Shown: positions 1 through 7,355 of the stretch, piece after piece | Layout: each line of letters begins with the position of its first letter | How positions within the stretch are numbered: position 1 is the first letter of the stretch | IMG/VR virus record: IMGVR_UViG_3300037044_000270 | Span: 1 to 33,370 of that record | Direction: 5' to 3' (one strand) | Length of the DNA stretch: 33,370 nt | DNA from: a virus | Taxonomy: Duplodnaviria > Caudoviricetes | Made by a program: the position numbers and the translations under genes | The notes under the pieces: generated by a model | The model's input: the letters and a program-made list of their open reading frames with translations, nothing else | Databases searched by the model: none | Told to the model about the DNA's origin: nothing

Positions 1-207
1 ATGGCTGGTCAGGAAAATAAACCGATTCAATCAACTCCACCAACTCAAACAAAAATTGCTTTACCTCCACCTCCACCTCCACCACCTCCACAAGCGCCGA
101 TGAGTTTTAGTGAATTCCGGAAGTTTGAGTCTATGACAGTTAAGCAACCTCCAAAACCACCACCACCACCACCACCATCTGATCCTCTCCAAAGAAATAA
201 GAAGTAA
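1..207 (+). CDS. Small proline-rich protein (68 aa, polyproline runs of 9 and 7)
   Basis: Open frame from ATG at 1 to TAA at 205-207. Mixed CCT/CCA codons in the runs. Upstream context is outside the window. Confidence 0.55.
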   Translation: MAGQENKPIQSTPPTQTKIALPPPPPPPPPQAPMSFSEFRKFESMTVKQPPKPPPPPPPSDPLQRNKK

Positions 208-214
208 GCCATTC

Positions 215-925
215 TCAATTGGATGTGGGTTTCTGATTTTCAGTCCATCCAAATAAGTTACAGAATGCGATCCAGATCATTGGAATCACAATCACTACGA
301 CAGTAAGAATGGCTGCATTAGCCATGTTTCTACTAGCGTATTTGAGTATCCCAATTTTCCAGTTTGTGATGAGGTAGACAGCCGTTTGTGATTGATAGAA
401 TGATGCTGATGTCCACTTCTTAAATAGGTTGACGTGACCGACCTCTTTCATCACATCGGCTTGATCCTCTGTAATACTAGCACCGTTTGTCTTGTTTGAT
501 TGGATCGTATTCATCATTTGTTGGATCTGAATTGAATTCGTGAATGCAGTTGATGTTCTGCCTCGAATACTGAGAAATAGAGCAAATCCTGCATAAAATG
601 CAGGGATCAATAGCGGCCAATTGTCTTTTGCAGAATATATGTAAGCCGTGAGCAATGCGGCCAGTGTTGTGCCAGATACTTTCAGCACTTCGAGCATTTT
701 TTCTTCGACGATTTTCAGACTTTCCAACTGCTCTTCATATTTGTATTTCGCATGCTCTAACAGGAAATCATCAGTGTCTTCAGCTTCGTAACTGTAGGGA
801 TATGAGGAGTACCATTCAGTAACGGATACATATGAATGCTCCTTTTTGATGTCAGGCCTGTCCAGTAAATCCAATCTGTCAATCGGCAAAAATGATTCCA
901 AAGCTTTGCAGATTCGATCGTACAT
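215..925 (-). CDS. Hypothetical membrane protein with about 3 TM helices (architecture reminiscent of Pycsar-effector/DUF5706-like proteins)
   Basis: Hydrophobic segments TLAALLTAYIY, LLIPAFYAGFALFLSI and AAILTVVVIVIPMIWIAF. AT-rich coding. The family resemblance is topological only. Confidence 0.75.
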   Translation of the reverse strand: MYDRICKALESFLPIDRLDLLDRPDIKKEHSYVSVTEWYSSYPYSYEAEDTDDFLLEHAKYKYEEQLESLKIVEEKMLEVLKVSGTTLAALLTAYIYSAKDNWPLLIPAFYAGFALFLSIRGRTSTAFTNSIQIQQMMNTIQSNKTNGASITEDQADVMKEVGHVNLFKKWTSASFYQSQTAVYLITNWKIGILKYASRNMANAAILTVVVIVIPMIWIAFCNLFGWTENQKPTSN

Positions 926-1105
926 TTTTTTTCTTTCTGAATGGCATTATTTAAGGTTGGTTCGATTTAAGCAGGTTGAAATTTAACTTATAGCATAACC
1001 AACTGTGACAATTCGCAAGTCGATTTCAATAGTAATATTGAGAGCTATGACACAGGTCTGCAGTGTGACCTTACCAATTTTTCCAGCGAAGGTTTATTGG
1101 ATATG

Positions 1106-1404
1106 TGAGCACAGGACGCAAGGTCCTGTACTCATCTGCTATTCCGTGTGGACTTTTTGCCACATAAAATCAGAATTCTGATCGTCACATAATTGACAGA
1201 TCAAACATCGCAAGTTTATTTTGATCATCGCGAATCAATGGTCGTAGAAAACCAGAGATGAGCAAATCGAAAGCGACACTCAGCTCTGCCATTTGCTCTG
1301 CTGGCTGTCGTCACTGCTGAAAGACGACGTGATGCAATAAGGCATCACTTACACCCAAACATCACAATCAACCCGTGATTGCGTCTGCGTGTTCGCACGT
1401 AGAC
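1106..1404. other. Hairpin-rich non-coding region (candidate structured RNA or operator array)
   Basis: Inverted repeats at 1106-1134, 1169-1182 (perfect 14-bp palindrome), 1260-1298, 1307-1328, 1329-1348, 1365-1381 and 1383-1404 (TTCG loop). Confidence 0.45.
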
Positions 1405-1471
1405 TGGTCGCCGGTTGTGCACGGGTTTCATGTGTCATGATGACCAGTATATACAATTTGAACACCTACCA

Positions 1472-1531
1472 CCGGATCATGCAGGGAGCATGGTTGCAGC
1501 GCGTGAATGGAGTCGATGGACTGCCAAGGAG
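1472..1531 (+). promoter_or_regulatory. Putative CsrA-binding leader of the recombinase gene
   Basis: Five GGA motifs in 60 nt (CCGGA 1472, AGGGA 1483, ATGGA 1507, ATGGA 1516, AAGGA 1526). AGGGA is the loop of a 7-bp stem ATCATGC/GCATGGT. The last GGA is in the SD. Confidence 0.6.
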
Positions 1532-1540
1532 TCCCCGACA

Positions 1541-2539
1541 ATGATCGACGCATTAAAACTCTTTTCCACCGACCACGAAATCCACACCATGAGCGAGGTC
1601 GTGGAACGCGTGTTAGAGCTTCAACAGGAAGATCGCGAGCTGACAGCAGCAACGATTGAAGACTATGAAGTCTTAATCAATCACTGGAACCGCGTCATGA
1701 ATGGCATGCCAGTCGATGAGATCAACAAACGAGCAATAACTCAGTTTCGTGATCGTATGGCATCCGAAAAGCCACGTCCAAAATCTCGTACCACCCGCAG
1801 CCATGCCACCGTCAATAAGCATCTGCGTTATCTACGTCACATCGTAACGAAATGCTTTCCGGTTGACCGTGCCAATCCTGAAGGTCTGGGAATCATTGAT
1901 TATTTCAAGTGGCCAGCAACATTGCCAGAAGATGAAAAGATTCCTCGCATTTTTCGACGCAAGGATATTTCAGCTCTCTATCGTGGCGCGTCTCAATTGA
2001 AATGGCCACAAGGCCCCATCCCTGCCCCGTTGGTTTGGCGGCTCTATCTAGTCATCGCTTGGAATGTAGGACCGCGTGTGTTCGACATCATTGAATTGCG
2101 TTGGTCTGGTATCCGCATGGATGACTTCGGTGGACTCGGTTCCATTTCACTGCGAGCTAAGAAAACCGGCAAGTTGCAGCGTATTCCCATGCACCCTGTT
2201 CTACGGCAGCACATTCAAGATTATCCCCGTGTGCCAGGAGAAGAACGCATCTTTCCATCTCAGATGAAACGCAGCAATAAAACTCAGATGCTTCGCGTTT
2301 GGAAACGGTTGCTAAAGCATGTGGCTTTGTCTTCAGAACATTGTATGGAAGATATGCGGAAGTCCTGCAACACCCAGTATGAGACGGATTCACCTGGTGT
2401 CGGTGAATTTGTGCTGGGACATCGTAAATCAGCAGGCATGGTGAATGCGAAAAATTATTTCAATCCCACCAAGGCAGTCATCCGGGCAGTGAAAAAATTC
2501 CCTCAACCTAAGGCATTCACGGAAGGGGCGCAGACATGA
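1541..2539 (+). CDS. Tyrosine recombinase/integrase
   Basis: SAM-like core-binding region (SHATVNKHLRYLR), GPR box I, KKTGK, EDMRK box II, LGH, C-terminal Tyr (KNY). Start placed at ATG 1541 after AAGGAG; the ORF is open from 1415. Confidence 0.9.
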   Translation: MIDALKLFSTDHEIHTMSEVVERVLELQQEDRELTAATIEDYEVLINHWNRVMNGMPVDEINKRAITQFRDRMASEKPRPKSRTTRSHATVNKHLRYLRHIVTKCFPVDRANPEGLGIIDYFKWPATLPEDEKIPRIFRRKDISALYRGASQLKWPQGPIPAPLVWRLYLVIAWNVGPRVFDIIELRWSGIRMDDFGGLGSISLRAKKTGKLQRIPMHPVLRQHIQDYPRVPGEERIFPSQMKRSNKTQMLRVWKRLLKHVALSSEHCMEDMRKSCNTQYETDSPGVGEFVLGHRKSAGMVNAKNYFNPTKAVIRAVKKFPQPKAFTEGAQT

Positions 2540-2745
2540 TTTATATCTTCACGTTTTTGTTGTTGCTCTCAGTGCTTTTCAATCTGTTTTTACTCGCCGC
2601 ACTGGGAGCATTCAGGACACGCCTCGGTCATCTCACGAGGCGTGTCGTTGAACTCAATAAATGCGTTGTGGAGATCTCCTCCGATGAGATGAAAAACCGC
2701 AATGGACGCTATTACCCATCCACGTTTAACCCCAATAAGAATTGA
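2536..2745 (+). CDS. Small protein with N-terminal TM helix
   Basis: ATGA overlap with the recombinase stop, SD GGAAGGGG, about 25-aa hydrophobic N-terminus. Confidence 0.7.
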   Translation: MIYIFTFLLLLSVLFNLFLLAALGAFRTRLGHLTRRVVELNKCVVEISSDEMKNRNGRYYPSTFNPNKN

Positions 2746-2760
2746 TCGAAGGAGTGAGTT

Positions 2761-3129
2761 ATGTGTGATAAATGCAACAATAAACACCTTAGAGTGAATG
2801 TCCCTGAAGCTGTGCTCCAGTGGGTACGCATCATCGAATTGCCTCTCTCCATCGATGTGCATCCGCTTCAAACAACAGAATGTATCGTTTCACCATGCTT
2901 CAACTGTCAACGGTCTGTTCCCTTCCCGCTTGCTCAAGCAGAAGACGTCTTGAAATCCACGAATGAATTCTCCTGCCCAAGTGCAAAACTAAAACCGTTT
3001 GTACTGGCATGCCGTGACTGTGCAAAGCTCATTCGTGATCAAAATCATCATGGTCAGGATGAGCGGATTCAAGTTCATTCTCGCCCCAAGCCAGCAGCTG
3101 CTGCAGCAACCACAAATTCGTTTAACTGA
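2761..3129 (+). CDS. Hypothetical Cys-rich, probable zinc-binding protein
   Basis: SD AAGGAG; CDKC, CFNC and CRDC motifs. Confidence 0.7.
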   Translation: MCDKCNNKHLRVNVPEAVLQWVRIIELPLSIDVHPLQTTECIVSPCFNCQRSVPFPLAQAEDVLKSTNEFSCPSAKLKPFVLACRDCAKLIRDQNHHGQDERIQVHSRPKPAAAAATTNSFN

Positions 3130-3164
3130 TTTTCCCCCTCAATACATTCACGGAAGGATTCTCC

Positions 3165-3413
3165 ATGCTCGTGTTATCAAGGAAGGCTGACGAATGCATC
3201 ATGATCGACGACGACATCAGGATCATGGTGGTCCAGATTCGAGGTGACAAGGTCCGGATTGGGATCGATGCTCCCGGCCGGGCGGTTCATCGTGAAGAAA
3301 TCTATCTCGAAATCCAGCGCGATAAGCATTCTGGGTTCGAGAGTCTAATTGATCAATCCCGTGATGCATTGGATCAAGTATTTGCTCCCCATCAGCCAGG
3401 CGGTGAGTTGTGA
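3165..3413 (+). CDS. csrA: Carbon storage regulator CsrA/RsmA family RNA-binding protein
   Basis: MLVLSRK...IMIDDDIRIMVVQIRGDKVRIGIDAP..VHREEIY matches the CsrA signature, including the conserved HREE Arg. Confidence 0.95.
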   Translation: MLVLSRKADECIMIDDDIRIMVVQIRGDKVRIGIDAPGRAVHREEIYLEIQRDKHSGFESLIDQSRDALDQVFAPHQPGGEL

Positions 3414-3607
3414 AACGCAAGCCCCCTAAAACCAATTACAAACTGAACATTAAATGTGGTGACATTGTCATCTGGGGATTTCCAGTCGGTGTGCTGATGG
3501 TCGCGGAAGTCATTGATTACTACGAGCGGCCTGAATCACGTCGACCGCATTATCCATTATTGGAATTGTTCCCGGTTGTAAGAGACTTGATCTCCGCCGG
3601 GTTTTAA
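3410..3607 (+). CDS. Hypothetical protein
   Basis: GTGA overlap with the csrA stop; 65 aa. Confidence 0.55.
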   Translation: MKRKPPKTNYKLNIKCGDIVIWGFPVGVLMVAEVIDYYERPESRRPHYPLLELFPVVRDLISAGF

Positions 3608-3616
3608 TTTGCCCTA

Positions 3617-3686
3617 CCGCAGCTGCGTTCGGCGAGCAGCTCGAATCAGGGGATAGTATCCGTCGTGAGTGTGTGCGGCCCCTTTT
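3617..3686 (+). other. Structured intergenic element (possible attenuator/terminator or ncRNA)
   Basis: AGCTGC/GCAGCT hairpin, CCGCA/TGCGG long-range stem, AGGGG(3648-3652)/CCCCT(3679-3683) followed by a short T run. Confidence 0.4.
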
Positions 3687-3718
3687 ACTAAATCATCAAT
3701 CATTCAATGGAGTGCATC

Positions 3719-4084
3719 ATGAGCATTAACGAAGTGCAGTTCAGTTTCAAAACCCTGTCCGGTATGGACGGTGGAAAGCTCGAAAAGCTGCTGGCTTACC
3801 ACATCAACAACATGAAACGCGATTGTGAGAATCGGCCCAATGAGCGTAAGGCTCGCAAGGTGCTGATCGAAATGAGCATGATCCCGGTGCCAGATGAAAC
3901 CGGTTATTGCGAGCTGGTGAAAATGAGCCTGAAAGCTCGGTCCCGGACGCCAGATTTCATCACCAAGGATTACGAGCTCCGACCGAACCCTAATGGCTTA
4001 GTGTTCAATGCGGATTTCCCCGCTGAGTACAAACAACCCTCACTCTTTGATGGAGAAAAGAAGGAGGATGACACCGAAGAGTGA
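3719..4084 (+). CDS. Conserved phage early protein (YfdP-like, often annotated as replication terminator protein)
   Basis: GG-x-L..L...I....D...RP....RKV.I pattern; sits directly upstream of a YfdQ-like gene. Start at ATG 3719 after ATGGAG. Confidence 0.6.
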   Translation: MSINEVQFSFKTLSGMDGGKLEKLLAYHINNMKRDCENRPNERKARKVLIEMSMIPVPDETGYCELVKMSLKARSRTPDFITKDYELRPNPNGLVFNADFPAEYKQPSLFDGEKKEDDTEE

Positions 4085-4161
4085 AAGCTCATGACCTGTT
4101 TTTCATCAAGTTCAATTCCACATTTTTAATACTTTCAATGACCACTTTAAGGAACTCACTT

Positions 4162-5013
4162 ATGGCTACTGCAGCTACAAATTTACCTGAATCTGAAACT
4201 ATCAATGCGATTGCAAGGCTCGGTCGCGATTCGCTCAAAGCGGAAGACAAAGTCAAGATCATCAGTTTGCCCGGTGATGATAAGCGTTTCCTGATTGTTG
4301 ATACTGATGGCAGATATGATGAGCGGCAAGCATTCACATCTCGCAAGATGTCCATTGGCAGTGTGGATTCGATCTGGCAATTGGCATCAGATTATCGTCA
4401 GCAACTCGAAGCTGCGGAAGATGGTGGTAAAGTCGAAATCTGTCTGTCAGCCAGTGATCTCAAAGTGTGTGCAGTTGATAACAAAAATGTCTTGATGATG
4501 CATGGTGGCATGAATTTTGAGCCGTCACCAGAAATCACTGCACTTGAGCTACTCGCTGAGATGACAACGGACGCCAAAACACTGGTACGTTATCTCATTT
4601 CAAACTTGAAAGACTGTTACGCAGATAACGTGCAGCAACTAGTGAATGTCCTCAAAAATTATCGATCATCCCAGACCTATGGGAATCGAGTTCAAATCAG
4701 CAATTCCAAAGAGTCACTCGGCCGCGAGATTGAAAATGAGTTGATCTCCGAAGCTGGAGAACTCCCGGAACAAATCCGCTTCTCACTTCCGGTCTTCATG
4801 CCATTCTTCCGCGATAACGAGAACGACAAGTTCACAATCCGCTGCAATGTCTTCGCTGATCCGCAAACAGGACAGTTTGAAATTCGTCCCATGGAGCATG
4901 ATGTGTTGTTCGCACGTCGCGCAGCACTGACGAGTATTCGTGATTACCTCATCTCAGAAGCATCTGAGATATCCGAACTTACCACAAAGATTCATTTCTA
5001 CGATGTGACTTGA
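4162..5013 (+). CDS. Conserved phage protein, YfdQ/DUF2303-like
   Basis: C-terminal LPEQIRFSLPVF motif, size and pairing with the upstream gene. Start at ATG 4162 after AAGGA. Confidence 0.6.
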   Translation: MATAATNLPESETINAIARLGRDSLKAEDKVKIISLPGDDKRFLIVDTDGRYDERQAFTSRKMSIGSVDSIWQLASDYRQQLEAAEDGGKVEICLSASDLKVCAVDNKNVLMMHGGMNFEPSPEITALELLAEMTTDAKTLVRYLISNLKDCYADNVQQLVNVLKNYRSSQTYGNRVQISNSKESLGREIENELISEAGELPEQIRFSLPVFMPFFRDNENDKFTIRCNVFADPQTGQFEIRPMEHDVLFARRAALTSIRDYLISEASEISELTTKIHFYDVT

Positions 5014-5021
5014 TCACATTC

Positions 5022-5100
5022 TGCCGAGTGGCTGAGTGGCAAGGCACGACGTATTGAACAGCATGCGTCGGTCGCTGGGTTCGACTCCCAGCCTGGGTAT
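5022..5100 (+). tRNA. tRNA-like element with aberrant anticodon arm (no assignable isotype)
   Basis: Acceptor TGCCGAG/CTGGGTA (one mismatch), D arm GCT-GAGTGGCAA-GGC, T arm GCTGGG-TTCGACT-CCCAGC. The anticodon arm is an 8-bp stem with 8-nt loop TGAACAGC. No CCA. Confidence 0.65.
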
Positions 5101-5136
5101 TCTTCAAATTTTCCCTCTTTTGAAAGGTCTCATGAA

Positions 5137-5337
5137 ATGAGTCAAGTGAGTTCGTTATTCAAGTATCCAATGGGTGCCAATGTCATTCTGGTGATGTCCA
5201 AAGAATGTGGCATCGTGATTGGACGAGCAGAGTATCACGACCAATCATTCCCCAGATATCTGATTCGTTACATGTCGGGTGATGGCCGGCTTGTTGAAAA
5301 CTGGTGGTATGAGGATGCGATTGCGGATCAGGCTTAA
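5137..5337 (+). CDS. Conserved hypothetical phage protein
   Basis: GIVIGRAEY...YLIRY..GDGR..E.WW.E pattern typical of small phage proteins; SD AAGG. Confidence 0.8.
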   Translation: MSQVSSLFKYPMGANVILVMSKECGIVIGRAEYHDQSFPRYLIRYMSGDGRLVENWWYEDAIADQA

Positions 5338-5344
5338 CGCTATG

Positions 5345-5417
5345 GGAGCTGGTCATCTAAACGGCAAGACACCTCCCGATGTGGTGGGTAATGCGGGTTC
5401 AAATCCCGTCCAGCTTC
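5345..5417 (+). tRNA. tRNA-like element with 6-nt anticodon loop (pseudo-tRNA, possibly His-derived)
   Basis: Acceptor GGAGCTGG/CCAGCTTC, D arm ATCT-AAACGGCA-AGAC, anticodon stem CCTCC/GGTGG with loop CGATGT, T arm GCGGG-TTCAAAT-CCCGT. No CCA. Confidence 0.7.
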
Positions 5418-5442
5418 GTTTCTAAAATGGCAATTTACTTTA

Positions 5443-5688
5443 ATGAGGCATCTTGTGGTCAATGTCCTAGTTTTTATCTCCATTGGTGAACTTCGCGTTA
5501 TCAAACGGGTGCAGGTGAATTCATTCGATGAGGAATCAGTGTATATGGTCCTGATCGATCACGATTACGACCTCGCTGCGGTTTATTGGATAGGGAATTC
5601 ATTCCAGATCATCACCGATCCGGACTGGTTGTTTTACGAGGCGATCATTCGAGGTAATCAAGGATGTTCCATTGAAATCTGGAAGTGA
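5443..5688 (+). CDS. Hypothetical protein
   Basis: 81-aa ORF in operon orientation. Confidence 0.5.
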   Translation: MRHLVVNVLVFISIGELRVIKRVQVNSFDEESVYMVLIDHDYDLAAVYWIGNSFQIITDPDWLFYEAIIRGNQGCSIEIWK

Positions 5689-5727
5689 TTGGCCTCTTGA
5701 AGTGTGTTGACATGGAGATTGATAGAG

Positions 5728-5934
5728 ATGGCAAGATCAGAAATGAATATCGGTGAATGTCGCTTGGCAGATGTCACATTTCAGGCTTCCAAGCGTGATG
5801 ATGAGATTGAATGCCGTGTGATACTTCCATCGACCACAAGACAGATCGTGTTGAAATCGTTCTATGAGATCAACGCTTTCATGAATGCATTGAATGCACA
5901 ACGTGACTATCTGGAAAAACTAACCAAACATTGA
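5728..5934 (+). CDS. Hypothetical protein
   Basis: ORF open from 5704; ATG 5728 follows GGAG. Confidence 0.6.
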   Translation: MARSEMNIGECRLADVTFQASKRDDEIECRVILPSTTRQIVLKSFYEINAFMNALNAQRDYLEKLTKH

Positions 5935-5964
5935 TTCGTTTGAATCTTAGATTGATGGTGACGA

Positions 5965-7113
5965 ATGGAGTCATCGCATTTACCCATCACGGAACTGTGT
6001 AACCGAGACCGCTTAATCTCGGAATTGGTGCATCTGCCTCTGCATCCCAAATCGAAACAACTGATGCAAGCAGTTATTGAGCTGGGGAATGGACCGATTT
6101 ATATCGGCAATTTGTCGGATATCGGTGTTCGTGTGCAGTATGGAAATGCATGGGTAACTGACTGGTCACAACGCACCGTGAAGACCGGACTCTTGAAATA
6201 CACTCGCCTGGGCAATTCCATGCAATGGGAGATTGACGCTCATGCGGTATTCAATCGATCAATGTCACCTGTCCCGTCGGCAGGAGATGCCACGCAGCAG
6301 CATCCCCGTGATGTCTTCGCCCATGCATCGCGTGATATTGCTGCTCCTCCACCGGCAAGCCTGTTTTGTGATCTCCGCGAGCAGGCTTGCCGCGTGGTGC
6401 GTGGCATGTATGAGGTTGTGGCAGCAATAGTCTGCATGGTGCAACTCATGCTGCAAGCAAGTATCACGAGGGTCGCAGCAAGCAAGCCGGAAGCAACCCC
6501 GCATGTGTCTGTGGTTACGCTGACAGGAGGCCAAAAGGCATGGGATTTTGGCGAGGTAGCCCGAAACGAGCACGCAGCGAGCATGCAACCACCGCTATAC
6601 GAGCCGCCGGCTACCCCTGCTTCTGAAGAGATTAGAAAGAATAGAAATAGAATTCAGAATTCTAATGATGCTGATGTTGTTCGGGAGCAAATGCGAAAGC
6701 TGATCAACTCCCATATGAAAGCCTCCCACCTCAAAGATCATCGTGCGGTGGAGAATCTTCGATTGGTGATTATCTCCGAATTGGGGAAAGAGCTGCATGG
6801 TCTCAATCTGGAGAGTGACCACGGGATATCTGTGTTTCACGGATGGGCGAAGCATTGCACAGGCAAGAAGGTAAATTCGCCCATGGCTTTATTCATCAGT
6901 GGACTGAGGGGAGATACCCACAACGATATTCAGAAACGTCTCTGGCATAAGCGGGTTACCGATGAGCAGAGGGCATCAGGTGACGAACATGCTCGTAAGA
7001 TGGAACATGGTCCGCGCTTGCCGCGTGTTGGTGGTGGACGGCAATTGGATGATTATCAGGTTAAGGAAATGGCCAAAGCGGACTTCAAGAAGAAGATGGG
7101 GATTTATTCGTGA
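5965..7113 (+). CDS. Hypothetical protein, possibly replication initiator-like
   Basis: 382 aa with two apparent domains joined by a low-complexity linker that contains an AGAA-repeat tract. Position in the early operon. Function is inferred only. Confidence 0.6.
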   Translation: MESSHLPITELCNRDRLISELVHLPLHPKSKQLMQAVIELGNGPIYIGNLSDIGVRVQYGNAWVTDWSQRTVKTGLLKYTRLGNSMQWEIDAHAVFNRSMSPVPSAGDATQQHPRDVFAHASRDIAAPPPASLFCDLREQACRVVRGMYEVVAAIVCMVQLMLQASITRVAASKPEATPHVSVVTLTGGQKAWDFGEVARNEHAASMQPPLYEPPATPASEEIRKNRNRIQNSNDADVVREQMRKLINSHMKASHLKDHRAVENLRLVIISELGKELHGLNLESDHGISVFHGWAKHCTGKKVNSPMALFISGLRGDTHNDIQKRLWHKRVTDEQRASGDEHARKMEHGPRLPRVGGGRQLDDYQVKEMAKADFKKKMGIYS

Positions 7114-7268
7114 GCGAGCGAAAAATCGATGGTATGCGAGTGGTGACTGTGCCTGAGTTGTTGGGAAATTGCATTACACAAACGAACGAGTTAACACCGC
7201 GGATGATCTTGAATTTGATTCAAGCCTCGGAAGATTCGCTGGAGCGTCTCCAGTCTTCATGTCGATAA
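7110..7268 (+). CDS. Small hypothetical protein (52 aa, not in the ORF track)
   Basis: GTGA overlap with the upstream stop; reads MSERKIDGMRVVTVPELLGN...SSCR to TAA at 7266-7268. Confidence 0.45.
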   Translation: MSERKIDGMRVVTVPELLGNCITQTNELTPRMILNLIQASEDSLERLQSSCR

Positions 7269-7355
7269 TGATGAATTACCCACATCATAACCAACGTCGA
7301 TTTGCACTTGCGCTGGCTGAATTACCTGTTATATTTTCCGAGGAAAGGGACTTCC

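Noticed and set aside
61-252. Poly-Trp ORF on the minus strand
   Set aside because: It is the antisense shadow of the CCA/CCT proline codons.
1258-1300. AGCAAA..GAAA..GAC resemblance to a c-di-GMP-I riboswitch or hammerhead core
   Set aside because: The required stems and conserved core nucleotides are missing.
1415-1540. Longer recombinase N-terminus from TTG 1415
   Set aside because: No SD there; ATG 1541 has AAGGAG and starts near the folded domain. Not fully excluded.
3611-3690. HDV-like/theta ribozyme on either strand
   Set aside because: A P1-like pairing exists, but there is no 3-bp P3 with the conserved L3/P1.1 pattern and it is not adjacent to a tRNA 3' end.
5022-5417. Assigning functional isotypes (Ser, Gln, His, Ile) to the tRNA-like elements, or treating them as att sites
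   Set aside because: No 7-nt anticodon loop on a proper stem, and no duplicated 3' tRNA fragment seen in the window.
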